From the NCBI GenBank assembly GCA_049472315.1, contig JBLIRN010000052.1, forward strand, positions 1 to 18,643: a stretch of 18,643 nt of DNA. Direction: 5' to 3'. This DNA comes from a bacterium (lineage in GTDB: Bacteria; SZUA-182; DTGQ01; JAFGSM01). Below the pieces are notes generated by a model that made no database searches, had not been told where the DNA came from, and worked only from the letters and a program-made list of their open reading frames with translations. This document shows positions 6,656 to 16,032 of this stretch, in pieces; the stretch's first letter is position 1, and the number at the start of each line of letters is the position of its first letter. The translations under genes and the position numbers were made by a program.

Positions 6656-9129
6656 AAGCCATTGATACAAATACATATCGTGTATCACGCCGTGAGCGGC
6701 CATCAAGGATGGCATGCGCTACGGCGATCGTGACCGCCGCGCTCATGCTGTTTGCCGGCGGGTGCGCAAAGCCGGTACGTGAGTTTTCACCCGGCAAATT
6801 CTCGCTCCTGCAAGGTCCCCCCCTTTCCGGTCACTTCCTCACCATCGCAGCGGGTGATTTCGACGGCGACGGACACACCGATCTGGTTGCAGGCAACTCC
6901 GTGCCCAGCGGACACGACCTGGTGATCTGGTATGGCGAGGGCGACGGGACCTGGAACAGAATGGTAAAGCTCCCTGTGTACGGTGCAGTCCATTCCCTGG
7001 CGATCGGCGACGTCAACAATGACGGGCTCGAGGATATATGCCTTTCCGTCTGGGAGCGAAGCCTGGGTATCATCGTCTGGTTAAACAGGGGGAACGATCT
7101 CTGGCAGCAGATGCATTCGCCTTCCAGGTCCGGGCTCTATGATGGGATACGCCTCCATGACCTTAATGGGGATGGGAGGGATGACATCATAGCAGCCAAC
7201 TATTCCCTGGATACGGGTATACCCGGTGGCATCCACGTATGGCTCAGCAAGGAGAACGGGGGGTGGAGCAACAATCTGGGTCCGATCGGGCAAGGCCGGT
7301 TTGCCAACATAACGATCGCTGACCTTAACCTGGACGGCAGTCCCGACATTGCAGGCACGAGTTGGGGCCCTGACGGGCAATGCGCGGTATGGCTTGGAAG
7401 GGAGAAGATGCAGAACTGGGCAGCCATGCCCCCCCTGGATGCCGGGAATTTCTGGGGTATCGAGTCCGCGGACCTCAACAATGACGGCATCCCCGATCTG
7501 GTGACCTCCACCTACAAGGAGGGGATACGCATCTATTACGGTGATTGCACCGGTCTTTTTTCACCGGCCCAGACTCTCACCGATACCGGACACTTCTGGG
7601 ATGTCCTCCCCTGCGATCTGAACGGAGACGGCTGGCTGGATATCCTGGCAAGCACCTTCGATGATCACGGGGTCAATGTCTGGATCAATGCAGGTGCTGG
7701 CGAATACAAGGAGTGGAACAACCAGAGCGGACACATGAGGATCGGCACACGGACATGGAGGCCGATGCCCGGATTGCTCCCCAACTACGGCAGCTTTTAT
7801 CAGATGCTCGTTGATGATTTCGACCAGGACGGACATATGGACCTTGCAGCGGCACACCGTGGGCAGGGGGTGAAGGTATGGGTGAATCTCATCAACTCCG
7901 ATCAGATTGCCGGGCTCAATGCCGAATTGCTCATTGATCCCAATGTCCCTGCAATGCCTGAAACAAAACGTGTGGCACAAAACAGCCCGTCAAACGGGCT
8001 GGTAAGCAGCGACCGCTTCGAAGAGCACTTCCTGAACGGGGATGCGGCAGGCGTGCCCCGCAGGAAATCGAATGGAAATTCAACCCAAGGGAATGCCCCC
8101 CCCGCCGCCGATGATACGGAATCCCTGACCGAGGCGGAAGATGGCGGGTACCAGATAAACGGCGGCACCTCCATGCTCGCCGCAAAAATGGATGAAGACA
8201 AGGAGAATCAGGTATTCCGGATGATAAACGGGGTTGCGGAATACATCATCGGCCCGGGTGATACCGTGGAAATCACCTTCTGGGAGGCCATGGACGCCAA
8301 GGTCTACACCGTGATCGTCAAACCCGACGGTGCAATATCCACCCCTTTTTTCGAAGATTTCAAGATCGGTGGGCTCACCGCCTTTGAGGTGGATCAGATT
8401 CTCACACGAAAAATGAAGCGGTTCATGCACAATCCCAAGATTGATGTCCGGATCATCGAGTTCAACAGCAAAAAGGCGACCGTACTGGGGGCGATTGCAC
8501 GCCCCAGTCCTGAGAAGGGCGCCGGTACCTACAACCTTACGGGAAAGACCAGGGTCCTGGAGTTCGTCGCCCGCGCCGGCGGGCCGGGCCCTGACGCTGA
8601 TCTTAAACGCGTGGAGGTGATCCATCGCGGGGAGACGAAAAAACTCAACCTCTACAAGGCGATATTCCAGGCCGATTTCACCCAGAATATCGTGGTGGAC
8701 AATGACGATGTGATCTTTATCCCCCGCATCAGCGACACCTCCTCCAAGGTGTATATCTTCGGAGAGATCAACTCCCCGGGCATCTATACCTTTACAGGGC
8801 AGTTCACCGTGCTGGATGCCATTGCCCAGGCAAAGGGCTACGGCAAGGATGCCCGCATCGATTCCATCAAGGTGGTTCGCGGGGACCTGGCGAATCCCGA
8901 GGTCATAGCATGCAATCTGTCTGATATCATCAAGAAAGGGGATATTATCAGCAACGTGCACCTGATGAACAACGATCTCATCTACGTGCCGAAGAGCTCG
9001 ATTGCCAATATGAAGCTTTTTGTGGAGAAGGTCGATTCCCTGCTGAAACTGGTGCTCTATCCGGTTGCACTGGTCAACACCATCAAGGACCCCGAAGATC
9101 TGGAGCTACGGCTTGATGTCGGCTATTAA
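6652..9129 (+). CDS. wza: Fusion lipoprotein: FG-GAP/VCBS-repeat beta-propeller + polysaccharide export protein Wza/OPX (Poly_export + 2 SLBB + C-terminal helix)
   Basis: Lipobox-like LFAGG-C38. Seven D-[FLV]-[DN]-x-DG-x-x-D repeats. PES-type region EYIIGPGD...VKPDGAISTPF...GGLT...NPKIDV. Two SLBB domains (VLGAI...GTY; VYIFGEINSPGIY). Amphipathic C-terminal helix. Confidence 0.9.
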   Translation: MKAIDTNTYRVSRRERPSRMACATAIVTAALMLFAGGCAKPVREFSPGKFSLLQGPPLSGHFLTIAAGDFDGDGHTDLVAGNSVPSGHDLVIWYGEGDGTWNRMVKLPVYGAVHSLAIGDVNNDGLEDICLSVWERSLGIIVWLNRGNDLWQQMHSPSRSGLYDGIRLHDLNGDGRDDIIAANYSLDTGIPGGIHVWLSKENGGWSNNLGPIGQGRFANITIADLNLDGSPDIAGTSWGPDGQCAVWLGREKMQNWAAMPPLDAGNFWGIESADLNNDGIPDLVTSTYKEGIRIYYGDCTGLFSPAQTLTDTGHFWDVLPCDLNGDGWLDILASTFDDHGVNVWINAGAGEYKEWNNQSGHMRIGTRTWRPMPGLLPNYGSFYQMLVDDFDQDGHMDLAAAHRGQGVKVWVNLINSDQIAGLNAELLIDPNVPAMPETKRVAQNSPSNGLVSSDRFEEHFLNGDAAGVPRRKSNGNSTQGNAPPAADDTESLTEAEDGGYQINGGTSMLAAKMDEDKENQVFRMINGVAEYIIGPGDTVEITFWEAMDAKVYTVIVKPDGAISTPFFEDFKIGGLTAFEVDQILTRKMKRFMHNPKIDVRIIEFNSKKATVLGAIARPSPEKGAGTYNLTGKTRVLEFVARAGGPGPDADLKRVEVIHRGETKKLNLYKAIFQADFTQNIVVDNDDVIFIPRISDTSSKVYIFGEINSPGIYTFTGQFTVLDAIAQAKGYGKDARIDSIKVVRGDLANPEVIACNLSDIIKKGDIISNVHLMNNDLIYVPKSSIANMKLFVEKVDSLLKLVLYPVALVNTIKDPEDLELRLDVGY

Positions 9130-9146
9130 TCAAGGGTGGATGGACT

Positions 9147-11300
9147 ATGGCACAGTATGAATTGAATCTGAAGGATTATTGGTTCATCGTTCGCAAGAGG
9201 AAGATGCTCATCATCCTCGTTGCGCTCCTTATAGGGATCTTCAGCTTTATCTTCGCGTATATCAACAAGCCGATCCCCATCTTCGAGGCGACCACCCAGG
9301 TTAAGATCGAACGGAACACGACCTTTGCGGGACTCATGCTCGAGGTCATCCGATGGACCTCCTGGAACGATATGGAGACAAACGCCCGGATCGTCAAGAG
9401 CTTCTCCCTCGTCGAAAAGGTGGCCAAGAAGCTGGGGTATGTCGATCCCAATATTGATACCCTGGAGATCCTCAACAACGAGAACGTCATCCAGAAGATA
9501 AATGATATCCAGTCAAAAACCACCGCGTCCCAGATCTCCTCGAGCAATATCCTCGAGATACGGGTCACCTCGGATGACCCCCGGGAGGCCCAGACCCTCG
9601 CCAATACTATAACGGAGACCTTCAGGCAGGAAAACATCGGTCTCAACAACAGACGGATCATCGAGGCAAAGATGCTCATCGAGAACCTCCTTCGAAAACA
9701 GAATGATCGGCTCGTGATTGCAGAGGAGGATCTGAAGGTGTTCAGGAGGAACGAGAGCCTTTTCGGTGTCAATCAAACCACCGACTACGCCTCCGACAAG
9801 TTCCTGGATGCACGAAAGAACATCGAGGAGATCCAGAAACAGAAGAGGACCACCGCCTGGATGATCAACGAGCTGAGTCAACGAAATGCCTCCGTGTATG
9901 AGGTATTCAATACCATCTTCCTCACCCCCGACATGCAGAAATTCTACGAGGACATGCGGGAACTGGTGACGGTGAAGGAGGCGCTCCTGCTCGACTATAC
10001 AGAGGAGCACCCTGCGGTCAGGAAGGTGCAGCGGCAGATCGACGGAATCAGGGCGGAGATCCTCACCCATCTCGTCAGCAAGAACGAGAATCTCCATAAG
10101 GAGGAGGGTCTTGCCAGGAACATGCTCGCCCTGACCGAGGAGGAGGCAAAGAAGGCACTGGAATACGAGATCGAATTCAACCGGCTGGACAGGGAGATCA
10201 AACTGAATGAACGGCTGGTGACCTTTCTGAAGGAAAAATATCAGGAGGCACTTATACGGGAATCCGGGCCCATTGAGGAGATATACATTATAAAACCCGC
10301 CCTGCTGCCCAAAAAACCTATAAACCCCCACAGCAGCGCAAAGCCGACCATGATCGGGACCATCATCGGCCTCATCATCGGTATGGTCGCATCCTTCCTC
10401 GCCGAGAGCCTGGATCCCTCGATTGGGACCATCGAAGAGGTGGAATCCTATCTGGGAGTCCCCGCCCTGGGGATCATCCACTATGCAACCATGGACAATA
10501 TAGAGAAATATATGCGCAAGCATGCGATCCGGCTTGAGAATGAAAAGGTGCTCAAGCACATCATCTACCTGATGACGCTGTGCATGCCCAAGTACGTGAC
10601 CTCGGAAATGTACCGCACCCTGCGCACGACGCTGCAGTTTGCCGCCGAGGACAAGAAGGCGAAGGCCTTCCTGGTCACCAGCGCGGTGGACGGGGAGGGC
10701 AAGACCGCGGTGAGCGTCAACCTCGCCTTCACCCTTGCCCAGATAGGCAAGAAGACCCTCCTCATCGGCGGGGATTTCCGAAAACCACAGCTTCACAAGA
10801 TATTCGGGATCGACAGGGAGCCCGGTCTTGCCGATGTGCTTCTGGGGAACTGCAAATGGGAGAGTGTCGTGCGCGACGCCGCCGATATCCTGCTCGGCAC
10901 CCTGAGCATCAAGAATGCCATCTCGTCACCCGGCCTTGACAACCTGCATATCATGACCTGCGGCATCCAGACCATCCAGTCGGTGGAGATCCTGCAGTCA
11001 AATACCATGAACAACCTGTTGGAGCAGCTCAAGAAGCAGTATGACTACATCATCATCGACTCCACCCCCATCGTTCCGGTGAGCGACGCCATCGTCCTGA
11101 GTGCGAAGATGGACGGCACCATCATTGTGTACCGGGTGGGGAAGGTAAGCCAGATGCTCCTCAAGCGGGCCAAGCTCCAGCTCGATACGGTGAAGGCGAA
11201 CGTGCTGGGCATCATCTTCAACGGATTGAAGCAGGACACCCTCAAGGAGATCTATTCCTCGGGATACAAGATATACCAGTATTACGACGAACACAAATAA
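9147..11300 (+). CDS. wzc: Polysaccharide co-polymerase / BY-kinase (Wzc, PCP-2a)
   Basis: N-terminal Wzz-like domain with a TM helix, coiled-coil periplasmic region, Pro-rich motif and second TM. ExxRxxR (EMYRTLR), Walker A GEGKT, Walker A' GGDFRKP, Walker B IIIDSTP, and a C-terminal Tyr cluster IYSSGYKIYQYY. Confidence 0.95.
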   Translation: MAQYELNLKDYWFIVRKRKMLIILVALLIGIFSFIFAYINKPIPIFEATTQVKIERNTTFAGLMLEVIRWTSWNDMETNARIVKSFSLVEKVAKKLGYVDPNIDTLEILNNENVIQKINDIQSKTTASQISSSNILEIRVTSDDPREAQTLANTITETFRQENIGLNNRRIIEAKMLIENLLRKQNDRLVIAEEDLKVFRRNESLFGVNQTTDYASDKFLDARKNIEEIQKQKRTTAWMINELSQRNASVYEVFNTIFLTPDMQKFYEDMRELVTVKEALLLDYTEEHPAVRKVQRQIDGIRAEILTHLVSKNENLHKEEGLARNMLALTEEEAKKALEYEIEFNRLDREIKLNERLVTFLKEKYQEALIRESGPIEEIYIIKPALLPKKPINPHSSAKPTMIGTIIGLIIGMVASFLAESLDPSIGTIEEVESYLGVPALGIIHYATMDNIEKYMRKHAIRLENEKVLKHIIYLMTLCMPKYVTSEMYRTLRTTLQFAAEDKKAKAFLVTSAVDGEGKTAVSVNLAFTLAQIGKKTLLIGGDFRKPQLHKIFGIDREPGLADVLLGNCKWESVVRDAADILLGTLSIKNAISSPGLDNLHIMTCGIQTIQSVEILQSNTMNNLLEQLKKQYDYIIIDSTPIVPVSDAIVLSAKMDGTIIVYRVGKVSQMLLKRAKLQLDTVKANVLGIIFNGLKQDTLKEIYSSGYKIYQYYDEHK

Positions 11301-11309
11301 GGCATCACC

Positions 11310-12731
11310 GTGCCCATGCTCAGACATGCAAAAATTCCCGGTTCACTCCAGATTCTCTTTCTGTTTGTCTTTATCACCCTTCTGCTGAGCACCTCCTTTT
11401 TCATGTCCCAGGTCAAGCCCTCACTGGCGATCGGAATCGCCATCGCCATCGGCATATTCCTCGTCTCCTTCCTGGACACCAATGTGGCCCTCTACATCCT
11501 CATCCTCTCCATGCTCCTCTCACCGGAGTTCGGCCAGCGAACGGTAGCAGGCAGGGGTTTCACCCTTCGCATCGAGGACATCATCCTCCTTATCGTCGGG
11601 TTTGCATGGCTCGCCAAGAATGCCTATTACAAGGAAGTCGAGGAGATCGGCCTTTTGAGGAAGACGCCGATCAATCCTTACATCTATGCCTATATCGTGG
11701 TGTGCGCCGCAGCCACAGCCGTGGGCATGATTGCGGGCAGGGTGGATGCGACCAGGGGGTTTTTCTTTGTCCTGAAATACTTCGAATACATCATCGTCTT
11801 TTTCATACTGATAAATCATCTTCATACAAAGAAACAGGTACGGGAGTATACGATCCTCCTGCTCATCACCTGCCTCATCGTGTGCGCCATCGCCATCGTA
11901 CAGATACCGCGCGGGGTGCGTGTATCCGCTCCGTTCGAGGGGGCGCACGGCGAACCGAATACCCTGGGGGGCTACCTGGTCCTCATGCTCGCCCTGTGCA
12001 TCGGCATCATCTACACCATCGATTCCAGGACCGTGCGCATGTATACCACCGCTCTCACCCTCATCATCACCTTCGTGCTCCTCTACACCCTGTCCAGGAG
12101 CTCGTGGCTTGCGGCATTCTCTCTCGTACCCTTTTTCCTCTTCTTCCTGAAAGGAAACAAGCGGCTGGCTGCCGGGCTCACGGCCACCACAGCGGTGTGC
12201 CTGCTGATCCTCCTTGCACCCCAGCAGGTGAGGGAGCGGGTTTCCAGTACGTTCATCAAGGAGAATGTCTCCTATCAGCACCAGACCATTCTGGGAAAGA
12301 AGCTCGACCAGTCGGCATCGGCACGGATTTCCGACTGGAAAACCGGGCTGAGGGACTGGCTGAAAAATCACTTCGTCCTGGGGTACGGAATCACCGGGTA
12401 TTTCTTCATGGACGCCCAGTACGTGAGGATTGTGGTGGAGACCGGGATCATCGGTCTCGTCGCCTTTCTCGCCCTTGTCTTCGGGATCTTCAAATATGCC
12501 TGGCGTTCCTACAACAAGGTTCAATCACCCCTGTTCAAGGGGCTGGCCCTGGGGTATCTGGCAGGTCTGGGTGCCCTGCTCGTGCATAGCCTCGGCACCA
12601 ATACCTTCATCATCGTGCGCATTATGGAGCCCTTCTGGTTCCTGACCGGCATGGTGCTCATGCTTCCCGAAATCGAGGGAAGGCCCGGTGAGGAAGAGGC
12701 AGATGCCCGCCCTGTGTCCTTGGCTGCATAA
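11310..12731 (+). CDS. O-antigen ligase / Wzy-type polymerase family membrane protein (Wzy_C domain)
   Basis: Many TM helices with RVSAPF..EPNTLGGYL, TLSRSSW, SASARI..W, LGYG and DAQY...ETGIIGL. Start is GTG 11310 or ATG 11316. Confidence 0.88.
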   Translation: MPMLRHAKIPGSLQILFLFVFITLLLSTSFFMSQVKPSLAIGIAIAIGIFLVSFLDTNVALYILILSMLLSPEFGQRTVAGRGFTLRIEDIILLIVGFAWLAKNAYYKEVEEIGLLRKTPINPYIYAYIVVCAAATAVGMIAGRVDATRGFFFVLKYFEYIIVFFILINHLHTKKQVREYTILLLITCLIVCAIAIVQIPRGVRVSAPFEGAHGEPNTLGGYLVLMLALCIGIIYTIDSRTVRMYTTALTLIITFVLLYTLSRSSWLAAFSLVPFFLFFLKGNKRLAAGLTATTAVCLLILLAPQQVRERVSSTFIKENVSYQHQTILGKKLDQSASARISDWKTGLRDWLKNHFVLGYGITGYFFMDAQYVRIVVETGIIGLVAFLALVFGIFKYAWRSYNKVQSPLFKGLALGYLAGLGALLVHSLGTNTFIIVRIMEPFWFLTGMVLMLPEIEGRPGEEEADARPVSLAA

Positions 12732-12802
12732 CGCCGGTATTGTCAACCGGTGCGCTCCCGTTGAGTGAAACGGTTGTGCTGGCCTGAACTCATCCCATTT
12801 GC

Positions 12803-12831
12803 TTGCCGTCGCATGGACCATAGCTTAGTCT
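12803..12831 (+). promoter_or_regulatory. Putative internal sigma70 promoter upstream of wzm
   Basis: TTGCCG (12803-12808), 17-nt spacer, TAGTCT (12826-12831), followed by an AT-rich leader and SD-like TAAGGTG before ATG 12852. Confidence 0.4.
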
Positions 12832-12851
12832 CTAAATTATAAATAAGGTGT

Positions 12852-13688
12852 ATGGAATCAACCCTCGAAAGCAATATCACCGTTATAGAGCCCCGCAAGG
12901 GGTGGCTGGCGGGATTCAGCCTCAGGGAGATGGTGCGGTACCGCGAGCTTCTCTACTTCCTGGTGTGGCGGGATGTCAAGGTGCGCTACAAGCAGACGGT
13001 GCTGGGGGCTGCCTGGGCCGTGCTGCAGCCCTTTTTCACCATGGTGGTGTTTACCGTGTTCTTCGGAAGGATGGCAGGGGTGCCCTCGGACGGGATACCC
13101 TATCCGATCTTTTCCTATGCTGCCCTGCTTCCCTGGACATACTTTTCAAACGCCGTTTCCCAGTCGGGGAACAGCCTGGTGAACAACGCGAATCTCATCA
13201 CCAAGGTGTACTTCCCCCGGCTGTGTATCCCCATGGGTGCCACCCTCGCCGGTCTGGTAGACTTTTCCATCGCCATGGTGGTGCTCGGGGGGATGATGAT
13301 TTGGTACCGATACGTGCCGGGCGCAGGACTCCTGCTCTTCCCCCTCCTGGTGGCGGTGACCTTTCTGCTCGCCACCGGCGTGGGGCTCCTGCTGTCCGCC
13401 TTGAACGTTCAGTACCGGGATGTGCGGTATGTCATCCCCTTCCTGGTGCAGGTGTGGCTGTTTGTGACGCCGGTCATCTACCCGGTGAGCCTCGCCGGGA
13501 GGTATGGCTGGCTCCTCTACCTGAACCCCATGGCCGGAATCATCGAGGGATTCAGGGCGTGCATCCTGGGACATAAACCCATCCCCTGGTCTCCCATCGG
13601 TATTTCCGTGTTCCTGACCCTTCTTCTGTTCATGGCCGGATCGATTTACTTCCATCGCATGGAAAGGCAATTCGCCGATGTGGTGTGA
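12852..13688 (+). CDS. wzm: ABC-2 type polysaccharide exporter permease
   Basis: YRELLYFLVWRDVKVRYKQTVLGAAWAVLQP, NLITKVYFPR, YRDV, TPVIYP, LNPM and E-x-x-FADVV. Confidence 0.96.
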   Translation: MESTLESNITVIEPRKGWLAGFSLREMVRYRELLYFLVWRDVKVRYKQTVLGAAWAVLQPFFTMVVFTVFFGRMAGVPSDGIPYPIFSYAALLPWTYFSNAVSQSGNSLVNNANLITKVYFPRLCIPMGATLAGLVDFSIAMVVLGGMMIWYRYVPGAGLLLFPLLVAVTFLLATGVGLLLSALNVQYRDVRYVIPFLVQVWLFVTPVIYPVSLAGRYGWLLYLNPMAGIIEGFRACILGHKPIPWSPIGISVFLTLLLFMAGSIYFHRMERQFADVV

Positions 13689-13700
13689 GGGAGGAATGCG

Positions 13701-15014
13701 GTGACAGCCGGAGCCATCAGGGTGGAGAGCCTGTCCAAGCGCTACCGCATCGGCACCAGGGAGCCGTACCGCACCCTGCGCGATTCCATCGTGGCGGCAA
13801 TCAGGCTCCCCCTGCGCAGGATTGCGCGCCGGGGAAGTCACCCTGGTGATATGGAGACCATCTGGGCGCTGAAGGACGTGTCCCTGGAGGTAGGCGAGGG
13901 AGAGGTCCTGGGGATCATCGGGCGCAACGGTGCGGGCAAGACCACCCTATTGAAGATCCTCTCGCGGATCACCCAGCCCACGGAGGGGAAGGTGACGCTC
14001 TTCGGGCGGGTGGCAAGCCTGCTCGAGGTGGGCACCGGATTCCACCCCGAGCTCACCGGACGGGAGAATATCTACCTCAACGGGGCCATCCTGGGGATGA
14101 ACCGGTTCGAGATCGGCAGGAAGTTCGACGAGATCGTTTCCTTTGCCGAGATTGAACAGTTCCTGGATACGCCGGTGAAGCGATACTCGAGCGGCATGTA
14201 CATGCGCCTTGCCTTTGCCGTTGCCGCACACCTGGAGCCCGAGATCCTCCTGGTGGATGAGGTGCTGGCGGTCGGGGATGCGGCGTTTCAGAAAAAGTGC
14301 CTGGGAAAGATGGGTGCGGTTGCCAGGGAGGGCCGCACGGTGCTGTTCGTGAGCCACAACATGGCGGCGATCCGGTCCCTGTGCACCCGGGCGATCCTCC
14401 TGGAGTCCGGCCGGGTAAGGAATTCAGGATGCGCCGAGGACATCATCTCCGAGTACCTGGGCATGGATGGGGGCACCGCAGGGGAACGCGTGTGGTCGGA
14501 TTCCTCCGACGCGCCGGGGGACAGCGATCTCCGGATACGCGCCGTGCGCGTCCGAAACAGCGGGCAGGAGGTCTCCTCGTCCATCAAGGACAGCGAGGAT
14601 ATGTACGTGGACATCGAGTATCAGGCATCTTCCCCCCTTCGGGACGTGCGGCTCGGGTTCTATCTCCTGACCACCGACGGGACCGTGGTGTTGACCACCG
14701 GTGACGGCGACGGCGTGTCCGGGACGATCCTGCGCGAGCCGGGCTTCTACCGCGCCCGCTGCCGGATCCCCAAATATTTTCTGAACAGCGGCTCCTATGT
14801 CATAAAGCTGTTCGGCCACATCCCCGGCATCCGGCTGCTCTTCGACGGGGACGTGCTGCTTCCCTTCTCCGTGACCCAGACCACCGAGATAGGTGGACAC
14901 GGGAGGAGCCCGGGATTCATACGCACCCTGTTTGACTGGGATACGAAGAGGGTCGCCCTTCCGGAGGATGCGAGGAACGCCAAAATTGGAATTGCTGCGA
15001 CGGGAAGAAGATAG
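13701..15014 (+). CDS. wzt: ABC polysaccharide exporter ATP-binding protein with C-terminal Wzt_C carbohydrate-binding domain
   Basis: WALKDVS, Walker A GRNGAGKTT, GFHPELTGRENI, signature YSSGM, Walker B LLVDE and VSH, followed by a beta-rich C-terminal extension. SD GAGGGAGG precedes the GTG start. Confidence 0.96.
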   Translation: MTAGAIRVESLSKRYRIGTREPYRTLRDSIVAAIRLPLRRIARRGSHPGDMETIWALKDVSLEVGEGEVLGIIGRNGAGKTTLLKILSRITQPTEGKVTLFGRVASLLEVGTGFHPELTGRENIYLNGAILGMNRFEIGRKFDEIVSFAEIEQFLDTPVKRYSSGMYMRLAFAVAAHLEPEILLVDEVLAVGDAAFQKKCLGKMGAVAREGRTVLFVSHNMAAIRSLCTRAILLESGRVRNSGCAEDIISEYLGMDGGTAGERVWSDSSDAPGDSDLRIRAVRVRNSGQEVSSSIKDSEDMYVDIEYQASSPLRDVRLGFYLLTTDGTVVLTTGDGDGVSGTILREPGFYRARCRIPKYFLNSGSYVIKLFGHIPGIRLLFDGDVLLPFSVTQTTEIGGHGRSPGFIRTLFDWDTKRVALPEDARNAKIGIAATGRR

Positions 15015-15072
15015 TGTGCGTAGCGAATCGACAGATTACAGAAGAACAGACAAGAGTGGGAGGACGGACGGC

Positions 15073-16032
15073 ATGAAATGCATTCCATGCAGGAAATTCC
15101 TGAGGGCCGGGCGGCGGCTCCTGCGAATCCTCTTCAGCCGGGCCCCGTATAGAGAAAAGCTCTATGATCTCTATCGATTGTGTGGTATCCGGTATGTGCC
15201 GGTGACCATGAGGGGAAACCGGATCTGGCTCGATCTGAGCGACAGGACCCTCGCACGGCACTTCTTCATCCACCGTGACTACGAGCCGTTCGAGGTCTTC
15301 CTCCTGGAACGGGCGGCCAGGAAGGGGATGACCGCCCTGGATATCGGCGCATGTATCGGGTTCCATACCCTCATCATCTCACGGTGTGTGGGGGAATCCG
15401 GGAGGGTGATCGCCTTCGAGCCTGCCCCGGGGAACTACTCCGTATTGATGCGGAACATCCGGGCGAACGGCTTTGAGAATGTCTCGCCCCTCAATGCCGC
15501 GGTCATGGATTACCGGGGGAGCATCGACCTCTACCTGTCGAAGACGAATTTCGGCGACCACCGGGTGTATGACGCCGGTGACGAGGTGCGTTTTGAGGAG
15601 GGGATCCCCCGCGAGAGGGTGCAGGTCCCTGCGGTGAGGGTGGATGATGTGCTTGAGGAATTGCGGCTCACCGCCGATGTGATCAAGATCGATGTGCAGG
15701 GCGCTGAAATGGCGGCCTTCAGGGGGATGAGGCATGCCCTTTCCCATCCGGAGGTGATCCTGTTTTGTGAGTTCTGGCCATACGGGCTGCGGAAGTTCGG
15801 TGCATCCCCCAAGGAGATGCTCGATTTCCTCGCATCGCTCCGCCTCGAGATCTGTGAAATCTGCGAGGAGGAGGGGTGTATCAGGCACATAGACAAGGAC
15901 GAGTTGATTCGTCGCTTTCCCGATCTGGGGTTCACGAACCTGATGTGTTTCCATCGGGGCAGCTCCTCTGAAGGGGCGCTTTCACCATTCATCTCCGATC
16001 GCGCCATACAGCGGTCATACGCCCACAGATGA
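15073..16032 (+). CDS. FkbM family SAM-dependent methyltransferase
   Basis: YEP-E, LDIGACIGFHTL, VIAFEP, IKIDVQGAE and EFWP. Start placed at ATG 15073 (GGGAGG about 9 nt upstream) to avoid overlapping wzt; GTG 15016 is an alternative. Confidence 0.9.
   Translation: MKCIPCRKFLRAGRRLLRILFSRAPYREKLYDLYRLCGIRYVPVTMRGNRIWLDLSDRTLARHFFIHRDYEPFEVFLLERAARKGMTALDIGACIGFHTLIISRCVGESGRVIAFEPAPGNYSVLMRNIRANGFENVSPLNAAVMDYRGSIDLYLSKTNFGDHRVYDAGDEVRFEEGIPRERVQVPAVRVDDVLEELRLTADVIKIDVQGAEMAAFRGMRHALSHPEVILFCEFWPYGLRKFGASPKEMLDFLASLRLEICEICEEEGCIRHIDKDELIRRFPDLGFTNLMCFHRGSSSEGALSPFISDRAIQRSYAHR

Noticed and set aside
8080..12524. Long minus-strand ORFs (8080..8961, 9513..10796, 11520..12524)
   Set aside because: Antisense shadows of wza, wzc and the Wzy/ligase gene, expected from GC-rich codon bias.
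14893..15072. N-terminal extension of the FkbM ORF given by the ORF track
   Set aside because: It overlaps the end of wzt; an SD-preceded ATG is available at 15073.
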